Origin: Moniliella sp. 'wahieum'
Lineage: Eukaryota
Assembly: GCA_003971905.1 (NCBI GenBank)
Contig: RSEE01000020.1
Coordinates: forward strand, 186,001 to 250,000
Direction: 5' to 3'
Length of the DNA: 64,000 bases
The notes beneath the pieces were generated by a model, which made no database searches, was not told the origin of the DNA, and was given only the letters and a program-made list of their open reading frames with translations. Within the stretch, counting starts at the first letter, position 1; every line of letters starts with the position of its first letter. A program made the position numbers and the translations under genes. This document shows, piece after piece, positions 1 through 12,800 of this stretch.

Positions 1-2368
1 ATAAGGCAGTGTCAGAGAAGAAGATTCCTCTCGAGGAGAGGATCTGTTCCATGTGCTGCGCTCGAGATCAGTACAGGCGGAAGCGTGGAAAACGGTCAGT
101 TCCCAATGTTGGACCCGTTGGTTCAACATCTTCAGCAACGCATGATCGCTTGCATCTGCCACCACCACCTCCGCTTTGAGGTCAGTCAGGCCAGGTACGG
201 AGGCAATTGTCGATGCGGATGGGTGGAAAAGCTCATAGGCCTCTAGAACATTGTGGTCCCCTTCAATGCCGACAGTGTTGGCAGAAGGAAGCCACATACG
301 AAATGCGCGAACCCAATGTGCGATGGTGTGCCTTGGAACAAGGAGGAGGAACGGAGAAGCTTCGCGGACGCTGAAGAGCCAAGAGATGAACTGAACAATC
401 TCAGCTGTCTTTCCCATCCCCGAATCGTCCGTAAGGATCACAGGGCGCATTTGGGCCCAAAGGTTCATCATTTCGCGAACCGTATCTTGTTGATATGGTG
501 CCAGAACGCCCTCAGCATCGCAGCTTGCAAACCCTTCAGACTCAGTAATGGCTCTGCTTTGTCCTGACCGGGGCTTCGAACGAGAACGTCACGAGCGTTG
601 AGGTGGCCGTAGTAGGCATCCACGAAGCTAGCGCGGTATGCTTCATCTTCCAGACTTGCTTGAGTCACTTCGACCCACGATGCATCTCCATAGTCTAGTC
701 CAACCCATTTGACAAGCGCCCACGCCACGTGCGTTATCGTCTTGCTCGCCTCGGACGGATTTAGTATTTGGGTGCCATCCAGCTGAGCAATGTGAATCAA
801 GCCACGGATCGAGCGGGGGGGGATGCCTGCCGGACATTCACGTAGCACATTCAGCGACTTCTCCGTCATACGCACCCCAATCTCTGCCAACTCGTTCGAA
901 GGGAGGATAGAGGCCGATAGTAAATATCGAGGATGCGCTCAGGGACCATCCAGCTGGCTGGAATGCGTTCCGCTGCAGACGGATCCGGTCCTGGCCGTTT
1001 CTTGCCCACCTGGCTTGAAATCAGGTTGATCGGGTGGAACGGGAAAACGGGGAGAATGGTAATGCACCCACGGCTCATTTGGGTTGTGTTCGAGTTGCTC
1101 CCACTTGTCGGCATCCGCAATCGCTGTATACTGAGCGCGAGTCCAGTGACGGATGTTGGGAATAGCCCGGGGCTGACTTGGGGAAAATGGCTGGCTCTTG
1201 GTGCTAAACGATTTGAGCAAGGTGGGAAAGACCCGCTCCAGCCATATGCGCGGCACCCAAGCCGTCGAACGCCACGACTCATTGGTGAACTTGACGAGGT
1301 ACTCATGCGTAGTAACTCGAGTTTCCCGTGCTCAACGCCATGGTTCATGGCGCGAACCTTTTCTGCATTTTGAGGGCTGGCTGGGCGCCATGCCAAGATC
1401 TTCTCCACCTGAGGCCACTGGAAACAGTCAGGGCAGTTCCAATGCTCCAAGATCTGGACGCGGAACGAAGCGGCATATTCAGTTCCAGGGGCGTTGTGGT
1501 AAGCGGTAACGAGACACTCATAGTGCGCAAATCGCCTGCACCTGATACAGCGGAACACAGGCCGAGCATAGTCTCCTAGCTCTGACACATCATCATCGCT
1601 CTCCTGGCCCCACTTTTCATCGGCCTCTTGGAGAGAACGCCAACGGGGTCCAAACCACAGATGTAACACAGCGCCGGCTCTTCGTAGCATGTCATGCAGG
1701 GAATGTCCTCGCGGACCATGCTAGCAGGAAGTCGGTTAAAACGGGCGGTCTACGACCCTTGGGAGCCATTCTGCATTCTCCTCATTGATATCACTCAGAA
1801 TGCTGGCCTGGCGGTCCTTGGAGAGGCACTTGAAATGGAGGGCGGCGGTGCACTCGGTACAGCGCAGCCAGGCCCCCAAAGAGGCAATGGAGAACTGGCT
1901 GGCGGCGGTGGCGGAGGAAGGCATAGTGAATGATTGGTTGACACCATTGCTGAGCATTTGGTATTGCGAGGCAGGCGCGGGGGGCAGCTTGCACACCTGA
2001 CAGCTGGCAGACGGGACGGGGGAGGGGGGTCAGTAATTGCAACGGCGGAAGCGAGCGGCGCGGCGACGACAGTGACAGCCATGACAGAGGCGGTAAAGAA
2101 ATGGGATGGAGACAGATGCCTTTCAACACGCACGATGGCCAGTGGTTATCAATGGTACGCAAATTTGACGCATAGATCTGCAGCCCCTGTTCGACGTCGG
2201 CATGACTCCCCGGCAACTGGAGGGCCATGTAGGCCTGTCGGATGAAGGCCTCCATGTTGGCCGACATGAGCAGTTCTGTCTTGGGCTGAAGGCCGCCAAA
2301 AATTCAACTGTCTCAGAAGTGCTCCCAGCATCGACGTGCTTGCGCTTGCTGGGCCCGGCGGCGGACAT
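1..2368 (-). CDS. Mit1/CHD-like chromatin protein (PHD-like fingers, chromodomain, degenerate SNF2 ATPase lobe); 3' end runs off the window
   Basis: Stitched frames: MSAAGPSKRK start; PHD-like WLRCTECTAALHFKCL and FRCIRCRRFAHYECL...WNCPDC; VEKILAWRP; WMVPERILD; chromodomain ALVKWVGLDYGDASW; SNF2 motif I VILTDDSGMGKTAEIVQFI (~406-441); motif Ia PFLLLVPRHTIAHWVRAF. Several frameshifts. Confidence 0.75.
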
Positions 2369-3492
2369 GGTGGTGGTGTTTGTTTCGGGGTGGTGGTGTT
2401 TGGCTCGGGATTCATGCATCGTAACGCATCATGGCGAGCATGGACGAAGCGCTTTGGGTCCATTCGAGTTTCAATTTCAATTTCTATCTTCTCCAAAAGC
2501 GGGCTGCAGTTTCATTTACCCACACTTATATGCTGGTTTGGGTGTTTCAGGGGAGACGCAGCCGGACAGGCATTGTAGTATTGTTGACGACCCGTCAGGG
2601 CGACGTGGCTTCCCTAGGTAGACGACCCTCTGTGAAGTTGGCCCTAGGCCACTATCTTGTCCTCACGCCTATTCTTTCCTTGGTACTCCTGTGCTTGCTT
2701 CTCCCTCATGTTTTTTCGCCACGATCTCAACGCCACATTTGCCTCGATCTCTATCTCGATATACTCCGATCATATATATCTCTCGTTTTCATACGTCCGA
2801 AGCATTATATCTGGGGTCCTATCTCTTTTGATATCTCAGCTGGTCTCTCTGTAGCTTTTTCAGTCGCTGCAGTCCCCGGGATCAACGTTACCGACGTTAC
2901 GGTAACATTCAATGTTGAGGGGATGGGTCATTCAACGTTCCGTAAAGTATAATACTCATCACTGAGAATAGTGAGTGCTATGAGCGAGAGTTCTTGCAGC
3001 GTTTTTCTGTGAATGTATACACTGGCCCAGTTTCTTATGGGTCAGGTAGTATAACCACCCCGACGGTCCATAACGCATAGCGCGTAACGTTCCATATATT
3101 AATCCGTCGCTTCATATATGGTCCACCTGTTTCTTGCACGTGCGGAGATGACGCTGACACAGATTTACACACAATCAGGTTCCAATGCACAGATAGAGAT
3201 TATGATGAAGTCGTTATTGTTGACATGATCAAGGCGATCCCTCTATTGATCCAAAGACATTAGTGATGGTCCTATAGGCGTAAAGGTCAGTTCGCTAAGA
3301 ATAAGTGTATTCCAACGTCAATCAGCGCGACCAGGCTCTTGCTTGTACTGTGGTGGATCAGCTGTGGAAAACCCATCTGTGCTGCAATGGGCCCTATGAG
3401 TATATAGCACCTAACATTTGCTTACTTGCAAACAATTCGTACACATTATAGTATCCTGCGATGCTGTGCGGGACGCACAACTCGACAGGCAT

Positions 3493-4845
3493 TCAGGCTC
3501 TGCTATCGAAGATAGCCGTAACGGAAGATTGGCCACTTCCTTGCTCTCCCCACCAGGCAGGAGTGGAGGAAGGCATGGCGACATATGTCGGCCCCAACCC
3601 TTGACTTGTGCCTTGATCTTGGCCCTGGCTTTGACTTTGAAAGATGCCCCACTCGGTACAGGTGCCGACGTTACAGAGCCTGCGGGTGCATCTTCCTCCG
3701 GAGCCAGTGACATGGTGGCCCGATAGCGGCAGCTAAAAGTGCTGGCATTGGAGTGCTCGGCGCCATTCCCGGATAATTCATTCCGGACCCAGTCATGCCG
3801 GCCAGTAATGGTGCACCAAATAGTTCTTGAGACGACCAGTCAGTCAGTTGTCCCTCCCACGGACTAGAGCCCCAAGCGGGTAGGCCTTGAGCGACGGATG
3901 TGGGGAAGTTCTGGCTGCTTCGGCGGCAGCGGAGGCAAGCGCGGAGGAATCGGTACTGCAGGCGGTGGAGCGGGAACCGAAATGGTGGGAGACGCACTCT
4001 CTTGCTTAATGGAAGAAGTGGGCGAGGATCCAGGGACCCCGAGTCATCGTCTTTGCTGCTTTTGCGCCGCAATGCAACGGACGAACGTTTGCGCGGACGT
4101 TTGGGAGGAGGTTTGCGCAAGTCGGGTAACGTGGGTAAAGACCGGCGACCATCAGAATGGACCGGGGCCAGAGAGGCCTCGGGAGGAAGCTGGGAGTGAG
4201 CCTGAAGTGTTTCTAAAACATTGTGTCCATCATTGTCGTTAGAGTGGGGGTCCCAGGTCCTGAGCGAGCGCCGCTCAACCGGGTTAAACACAAATTGCTC
4301 TAGTTCCCGGCGGACATTGCTGTGTGCGCCGAGGAAGCCGCCCATGCCATCCGCCGCAATATGAGATGCCATCACACCGAGCATGACCCCAATTTGGCAT
4401 TTTCGAGCATCAGCCGTCGCAGCAGCCACCGCAGCCGATTAAGTTGGGTCGCCGGGTCGGAGGAAAGGAGCTCAACACGGCACTCGAGGGCACGAATGTA
4501 CTCCTGCTTGCGTTGACGGAATTCGCGCTGTGCCAATCGATTCTGGGTCTTGCGTGTCAAGGCAGCATCACCGGCGGGCACAAATGAGTGGGTCGAGACC
4601 GAAGTGGAGGTCTGGGCAGCCAAAGCCTCCAGTGAAGGGTCGACCTTCATGGATGGGTCAGCGGCCAGCGGTGATTGGGGATGGCCGGCTAGGCTATGCT
4701 GGTGGGAATGGACATGCTTGGATCGACGGCTGGACATGGCATGCTGTGCTGCGGCAGCGTAGCCGGTCTGGCGATCCTGTGCAGAGAAGGTGCCGTCGTC
4801 GAGATTGAGGTCCTCGTCGAGCGGGTCGAGGCTTCCCAAGGGCAT
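3493..4845 (-). CDS. bZIP transcription factor (Yap/AP-1-type basic region)
   Basis: RKTQNRLAQREFRQRKQEYIRALECRVELL basic-zipper motif followed by helical LRWLLRRLMLEN. Start inferred at MPLGSL (4845); stop inferred by following frameshifts to ...AIFDSRA* (3493). Confidence 0.8.
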
Positions 4846-5463
4846 AACGGCAGGGGCAGTGGCCGTGGCAATGGTAGTAGCGGTGGGGGCAGCGGTTGGA
4901 GGTGAAGAAGCAACCAGCAGCAGCAGCGCGACAGCGCCCACAACGGCAGGAGGGGAGCGGAGGGTGGGGGTGAATGGGCACTCAGCTGAGCGTGGGACGT
5001 TGGGCGTTGCGCCACGGTGGGGGCGGCAACGGGGAGGCAGCTGCTGCTGCTGGGCTCGCCGGATGGTGCTTAAGGAACTGGCTGGCGCGGATCGGAAACA
5101 CGGCCACAGCACCGCGCACCCGATAAGTGATGGCGCCAGCCGACACTGCCCCCGCCGCGGGCAGATGCCATCACCGTGCATCACCGGCCCATCACCGTGC
5201 ATCCCCGCCGCACTAGGGTTGGCCTCTATGTCCGACCGGCACGGCGCCAGTGGCCGATGGCTGTCATGGTCCGGCCCGCCGCGCCGGTGGGCTGCACTAG
5301 CCGTACTCGGCTTGCAGTGGCTTGTGGGGCTCGCGCAGCGGCCGGGGCGCTCGAGCGGAATGCAGGCGCCGTTCCGCCTGCGCCACGTCGAGCTCCGGCG
5401 GCCGTCTGTTCGGCCACCACGGCGCATCACCACCACCACCCTCCCATCGCCCCCCTCACCCCC

Positions 5464-8400
5464 ATGGAGCCCCGCTGCAACCGACCCGCGGCGGCAGCAG
5501 CGCGTGCCCGCAAGCAGCTTGCCAAGCGCCGCAAGGCCGCCCATGCTGCCTCCGCCGTCGCTCCCGTGTCCGAATCGGCCGAGCCCAGCGCCCCGCCGCA
5601 GTTCGCTGCGCCTCCTTCCGCCCCCCCGCGTGGCCCGCCGCGTGCCCCCCTGCACCTGTCTCCAGACCCAGCTCCGGCAGCGGCTGCTCCAGAACCCGCT
5701 CCCCATGCTCCCGTCGCTGCTGCTCTTGCGCCCCCTTCGAATGCTGCCCCACGCCGAGGCCACGCGCGCACCGCCTCAGCTGTCCCCACGCCGGTCTCGT
5801 TCCACCTGCCCCGCTGGCAGCGCCTGCGGCCACGCGCTCCAACCGTCTGTCTGGATTTTTCTCTGCTATGGGCAGCATTGCCACCGAAGTTGCTGCCGAC
5901 GTCGCCCATTTCGCTGCTCCGGCCGTCCCAGCCGAAGATGCCAAGCCACCCCCCGCTTCTGCGCCGGCGCCCCCCCCGATTCATCACCGGCCAAGGCGTT
6001 GCCTGCTCTTCAAACCGGGGGCGACGTGAGCTCTCTCTTTGGACAAGCCCCTGGCATGACTCAGCTCAGTCTGCTGGAAGCGCTTCCTTCTTTGGATCTG
6101 CCGCTCCGTCAGCTGACCCCCCTGTTGGCTCTCCTTCAAACATCTTGAAAATGACCCCGAACCCCCTACTTCCATTGCGCCGGCGTCAAGCGAGATTCCA
6201 GAGGAGAATCCGGCTTCTGGGAATGGGCCAGCTCCATCTCAGAGGAAGGGCAGGTTCAGCCTTCCGAGGAAGAGGTGCAGTACGCGCCCGTTCAGTACGA
6301 CGAGCAAGGAAACGCGTACGATGCTAATGGCCAACCTCTTGCCATTGAGTACGACGAGCAGGGTCAGCCCTTTTACCCCTACGTGCAGTACGACGAGGAA
6401 GGGCAGGCATATGCACCTATCTATGCTCTGGCCGAGCCTGCCCCCGAGCCTGAGTACTACCCTGTCCAGTTTGATGAACAGGTCTGGCGTACGATTACGA
6501 AGGCCAACCTCTCCCAATGGAGTACGACGAGCAGGGACAAGGATTTTACCCCCAGATCCAGTACGATGAGCAAGGGCAGGCCTTTTATCCCCACGTCCGC
6601 TATGATTACCCCCTGCAGTCTGGCGAAAACGGTATGGCATACGATGCCAATAGCCAGGATTTGGACCCCAACGGGCAGTACCAGCAGGAGGGGCAGTATG
6701 TGGATACCTATGGCGAAGCCGCCGTCACGGCTGAGTCCGAGGTTGCTCCTCAAACCCAGATGGATTCCGCGCAGGACAATGATGCGTTTGTTAAGAGGAC
6801 ACCGTGAACCCGGAGGGATTTGAGGCAGCGCCGTATGAAGAGGGACACAACTTGGCCCAGGTGGATACGCCCCCAACAGATGGACATGGCCTCTCCCCTG
6901 TTCCAGAGGATGGGGTGCCTGTGAGGAGCAACTACCGGAGCCGCCCACGGAGCAGGATCCCAGTACTCTCTTTGCCCCCCCCACCGAAAATGGCTGGCAC
7001 GAGATGATCCCAACACCGCCTTGCTTCCCACAGAAGCGGGACCTCCCTCGGTTCAAGACGCAACCGCACTTGAACCGGCAGGCGAAGTAGTCCAGGTCCC
7101 CAGTTCCCTCTTTGGCCCACCGGAGCAAACCTACGAGCTGAGCGATTTGTCAGGCGCCCATGCGTCGGATAACACGTCTGCTCCGACAAAGGAACAAATG
7201 TACCTCCTTCTGCGGCGGAGCCAAGTCAGGATGTGGCTGGGCCTGAATCACAGACTCTTCTCCAGCCCGAACCTGAACTGACTCCAACCGCGCAAGAAGA
7301 GCCCCAGGCGGATCCTCAGGCTAGCGACCTTTTCGGAGCCAACACGCAAGAGCAATCCTCGTGGCTGGCTGATTCAACAGATTCTCCCTCTTCCCTGAAC
7401 AAGCCCAATGACGGGGGTTTGGTGCCTTTTGCTGCCCCGAAGGAGACGGAGCCTGCGGTAGTGTCCGATCCCAGTTCCCTGTCCCAGGTTTCACAGCCGG
7501 CAACGGAGCCAGTCAAGCCCGCAGCTGAGCCCGAGTCGAACCTCCGTCCTAAGTCTCCACCAGCGACAGCCGTCCAAAGTCACACGTCCATGCCCAGTGG
7601 TGATGTCAGTTCGCTGTTTGCCTCGGGGGCGACCTGTTCGCCCCCCAGGGAGCCAGCAAGCCTTCATGGCCGTCGCCACCAGCGAAACCGTTCCCAGGCC
7701 GTCTGATGCACCTGTCCAGGCCCCGCAAGCGTTACTCTCCCCGCCCGTGCCGGAGCCGCAGGCATCGCAAGAAGAACCTCCTGCGGCAGCTGATCTGTTT
7801 GGCTCTGGATCTTTCACGTTGTCTCCTGCGGAGCCGGCCCAATCTGTGAAACAGTCTGCTTCTCCTTCTCTGAATGCTCTACAGCCAACGCGGTCCGTGG
7901 TGCCACCGTCATCCTTGGTTCATGAGGAGCCTTTTGTTGCCGGTACTACTGAACCCCCCCACAAGGAGGGCACGGATGTGCTGCGCAGTTGGCTGAAGCG
8001 CAGTCCCAGCTGGCCGACCTGCAGACTCAGTTAGCCCATCAGGCACAACTTGCTGCGGATGCGGACAACAAAGTGGCTCAGGCGCTGCAAGAACGAGACG
8101 AGGCGCGAGACGAGTTAGTGCGCATCAAAGAAGCCAGCAGACGAACTTGTCACGGCGAGCACGACTGCCACCCAGCGGGCCCAGCAGGATCTGGACCAGA
8201 TTAAGGCGCAACTTGTTTCCGTCGAGGGTGAACGGGACTCGGCTCGGGCCGAGTTGGTCACTGCGTCAGCCAAGGTGGTTGAGTTGAGTGCGGCAGGCGC
8301 CCAGGCTGAAGCAGACCATGCGACGACGACCACCGAGCTGAGTCAGTCTTTGGCCCGCCATGCAGAGTTGGAATCCGCCTTGGCTGAGACCCAGGACCGC

Positions 8401-9587
8401 TTGACGCGTACCGAAGCCGATCTAAGTTTGTCTCGGGAAAAAATTGCGGGCCTTGAAGCCCAAGTCGAGTCGCTCACCTCGTCCCGGATTCAATTGCAAT
8501 CTCAAGCTGATGCTAGCGCTCAGAAGGGGGACTTGCTCAATGAAACGCAAGCTCAGGTGGACCAGCTACGCGCCGAGTTGCAGAATGTCCGGGACAAGCT
8601 GGCTGCTGCTGAGGCCGAGACGGAGGAACATCGCGTTGCGACGAAGAAGGCAACGGAGCAGTTGGAAGCGCTTGTTGCGTCCCATGCTCAGGACAAGCAA
8701 GAGTGGGCAAGCAAGGAAGCCTCCTATGCCGAGGACCTCAAGCTGCACCTCAACCGTCTTACCCAGGCCGAGAAGGAGGCGGAAGAGCACAAGGCACGTG
8801 CCACCCAAGTGGAACAGGACATGGCTGAGCAAACGCGCCTTGCCCTGGAGAAGGCACAGGCGGAGGCGCCCAGCGTCACGATGCCCGATGTGGCGGCGCA
8901 GCTAGCCGAGGCTAAGACACTGGCCGAGGATCGCGCGCTCTTGGTTGCTCACTGCAGCAGGAACTGGAGGGAGAGGGCCAGCAGCGTCAAGAGCGAGAGG
9001 AGGCGCATGCCGCCGCTTTGGCTCAGGCACAGGCAGACACTGAGGAGCACAGCAGGGCATGCAAGAGCTGCGCGATCGTCTGGCCGAGCTGGAGATGGAC
9101 GATGTGCGGGCCGAGATGGAGGAGATGGTGGAGGACCATAAGCGAGCGCTGCAAGTGGCCGAGGCGGAGATCGAGCAGCTCCAGGTGGCCTTGCGTGCTG
9201 AACGCGAGCGCGAGCGTGTCCGTGACGCTCCTTTCGCCCCTGAGGTTCGCCCCCATCACCGTAGGAGCGCAACAGCCTCCCCCGCTGCTGGGCGCGGGGT
9301 AGGCCCGCTGCCCAAACAGCGCCGGGGGCTGCATGCCATCACCGACCCCGTCGACCTCTCGGCGAAACAACGCCATCGGCGGGCCGAGAGCCTAAGTATG
9401 CTTAAGGCGCGCATTGGTGAAGAGGCACCGTTGACGGTGCCCGCTGTGACACTATCGCCGCCGGCTGGCGAGCCAAGGGCAGCACCCTTGTTACGCCTTC
9501 CCCCTTACTATGGCTCCAGGCTCGGTGTCTGGGGCGGACGCATTCCACTACTGCAGCGCATGTGTGGGCGATCTGATCATCGTCTAG
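5464..9587 (+). CDS. Long coiled-coil golgin-like protein (Bug1/GM130-like candidate)
   Basis: N-terminal basic AARARKQLAKRRK; Pro/Ala/Glu-rich disordered middle; heptad coiled coil ~7970-9230 (E/A/Q/L-rich ORFs 8254..9141, 9059..9625); HRRAESLSMLKARI; C-terminus FHYCSACVGDLIIV* (TAG 9585-9587). Many frameshifts. Confidence 0.65.
6278..6715 (+). repeat. Coding Tyr/acidic repeat array (YDEQG-type), two ~46-aa higher-order units
   Basis: YAPVQYDEQGNAYDANGQPLAIEYDEQGQPFYPYVQYDEEGQAY versus YYPVQFDEQ(G)LAYDYEGQPLPMEYDEQGQGFYPQIQYDEQGQAFY; DNA agtacgacgagc recurs. Confidence 0.85.
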
Positions 9588-9836
9588 CCTCCTCGGTCTT
9601 TCACGTATCACAAAAAAAGCCTTGAAAAGGATGAGAGTAGCCAATGCTGCGGTACTGTCGGACATAGACAGAGCAGGCCCGCGGGATGACTGGCACAGAG
9701 ATTCATAGCTGTGGGGGGGGGGGCAGGGGACCAACAAGGGACAGGCAAAACTGGGTCGCGGCCTTCTCGGGGGTGCCACTTATATACGTCTCGGGATGGA
9801 GATACGCCATTGATTGAACGGTACGGTTCACGCTGT

Positions 9837-12800
9837 TCACTTCAGACGATCGTGGATTTGGCGCAGGGCATCGTATGCAGCTTGCCGTCGATGGCGCTGG
9901 CCCGCTTGCTTTTGCATTGCACTTGCCTGCTCCTGCGCAAGGACAAGCAGAGGAAGGGGCAAGCCGGCGGCAGCGGCGCAGTGGATACCGAAGGAGCCGC
10001 TGGCAAGGCCAGGACGAAGCTTGTAAAGAAACACAAGCTGGCTGCCAGGCACATACTCCGTGCCCGTACCCTGCGCCTCGCCCGTCGGGGGTAGGGGCAT
10101 TGGCGGGACGGATATGATGGTAGGACATCTGCATGTTTCGGATCCGTCCAAGTGTGTCGGGGTCGTCTTGAAGTTGGCCAAGGGGGAAATAGTGGGTGAT
10201 GAAGAGCGTCATGGGGCAACGCTCGGGTGGGAGGGTCATCAGGTACTTCAATGTAGCATATGCAATCGCCATGCCGTCATCCGTACTGGTCCCCCGTCCC
10301 AACTCGTCCATTACCACGAGGGAACGGTTGGTCGAGGTCCGCAAGATTTCACCCGTTTCCTCCAGTTCCGTTTGGAATGTACTGCGCCCAGCGGCCAAGT
10401 CGTCCGACGCGCCCATCCTGGTGAGAATGGAGTCAAAGAGCGAAATCTCAGCTCCTTCAGCGGGAACGGCCGCACCAACCTGGGCCAAGAGCACACACAA
10501 TGCCATCGCCCGCACGGTGCTGGATTTCCCTCCCATGTTGGAGCCAGTAATGAGAAGTGCCTTCGTTCCTTCTCCCTCCACGGCATCCGACCCACCTGAC
10601 CCTCCTCCCAGTTCAATTGAGTTCGGAACATAGTCATCATCCATCAGTACCGCGCTCATGGATGTCGGAAGTTCTTGAGGCGCAAGGTGCTCGGCTGCTC
10701 CTCAGTGGAGGGAACCATCGTCGGGCGCGACGACATCCGGGCAAGGAAGCAACGGGCTAAACTAGACAATGCATCGAGGCGGGCCAAAGCCTGGACCGAG
10801 TCGCGAAGAGCGACAAAGGTCTCAGCGTTACCGGTCAAGTCGTTAACAAAGAGCTTGTATGCTGTATTGGCCTGGTCGGCAAGCGTCTCCTTGAGCTGGT
10901 TGCGAGTTTGAAGGAGTTCGAGGATCCGAGGTGTTTGGAATCGCACCACTTTGGTCGTTCCATTGATGCGAGACCAAGATGCCGGTACACTGACGTTGGC
11001 TTTGGTCACCTCAATGAGAAACTCCTTGTCGGCACAAGTCGCATACTGTAAGTTGGGGCGCTTAAGCATTGTCCGCAACTCCTTCAAGTGGTTGTCAAGA
11101 TCCTTTTCATTAACCTGGATCAAGGCTTGCGTCTCGATCAGCTCCTCGCCAATCTCGGCCATTACTGCGGGAATTGATCCAAATCAAAAACCGACCTTGT
11201 CAGACTTCAAAGCGGCCGGCACCTTAATGGCTTTCAGCGCTCTGTCCAGTACATGGAGCGGCTTGGAGAGCTGTAGGATACTCTCCTTCAGTAGGGGCGT
11301 TGAAAGGGGCACCTCACCAGGCGAAGTAAATGAAAACTGGGTCGCGACCCGATGCAAAGCCAGAAGCAGTCGCGCCAGTTCTGCCGGTGGAGCACCCCAT
11401 AGCTCACTCGGGCCAGGCCCTTCTCCAAGTCTGGCAACCCGGAAAGAAGACCAAGAGCGGTAGACAAGGTTGCGCTGCTGCCCATCTTGTCGGCCACTTC
11501 CTGCACTGCATCCGCACGTGCTTCCAACTCAAATATATCACAGAGTGGACGGGAGAGCCATTCGCGAAGTCGTCGCTTGCCCATCCCCGACCGACAGCGA
11601 TCTACCAACCAGATCAAGGACCCTCGGATCCGACTGGCCTTGGTCAAACCACTTGCTGAGCTCTCTAGCACTTCGAGATTGGTGAGCGTGCCAGATGTTA
11701 AAAGCATGGTGGTACGATCAGCAAGCTGCGCACACGGAACGCACGCTGGAAGAGAGCGTTCAACCCAAAGGATTGAAGATGCTCGATACTCGCCGCTAAA
11801 CTTTGGACCGTCAGACGAGGCAGGCCATGCCAACCGCCGCTCCCTCGCCCACTTTCTCGCCGCTCCCTTCCCCACGAGATCGTATCCGTCGCAAGCGTCA
11901 AGGCCGCATTGTATTCCGGCACTGACCGCATTCGTTCCACGCGCACAACTTGCCCATCCGATGTTCCGCGAGATGCATAATACTTCAACACCTGCTCAGT
12001 GCGATGAGTGAGCGTGGGTGGAAGAAGGAGTTCCAAGGGACTGAAGTGGGCGAGACGCGTGTCAAGCTCCGAACGAAGGCCCGCATCGTCAAACTCGTCC
12101 ACACAATCTCTCCGGTCGAGACAAAGCTGGCCACAATGCCAATTCTCGTCTTCTCGGCATCCCCTTCCCCCTCGATGGGCGCTCCACAATCGCTACTAGG
12201 CTGTGGTGGGTGGTGTTGCTCATGGGCTGGGCCTCAGTCGACGTCTTGGCACCGTTCTCATCGAAGTTCATGTCATCCACCCAGGTACTGGCGGTGTAGA
12301 CCGCAGTCACGTCGCGTTCAACAACTTCGACGCGTTGGAGGAGGCTGCCTTGAGCGCCCTCGTCTCCAATTGGGTGACAACCCCCACCTTGAGTCCAGCA
12401 TGAATCAAGGTACGAATGTGGACCAGCAACTTAGACGGGCTGACTACCGCCGATGTCATGTTGCGGTCAGTGAAGCATGCCTGGACATCGGACACACATG
12501 TCAGAGCACAAGTCGAGCAAGCAAAGTACACACACCATACCACATTGAGCAACCGACTTGCCACCTTGGCGTCCTCGCCAAAGAATTGTAGCGGTAGCCA
12601 AGTTCGACCATCAAAACGACGCCTGGGTACCGCCTCTTCAGATCGAGGATCTGTTCCTCCAACTCAGTGTAGGGCAGGCCAGAAGGACCAATCGCTTTAG
12701 CAGCTTTGGCAGTTTTAGCCTTAGTCTTGCCCTGGGAGGGGGCACTTGTTGAAGTTGCCTTTCCACGTGCGGGTGTCGCCACGAACCGGGCGAAGTTCGA

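Noticed and set aside
4372..6327. Long overlapping ORFs on both strands (463, 452, 383 aa)
   Set aside because: GC-rich stop-poor shadow frames. Only the bZIP part and the golgin start carry recognisable signal.
10520..10555. MSH3 Walker A GSNMGGKS instead of GPNMGGKS
   Set aside because: The catalytic GKS and Walker B are intact; a single tolerated substitution.
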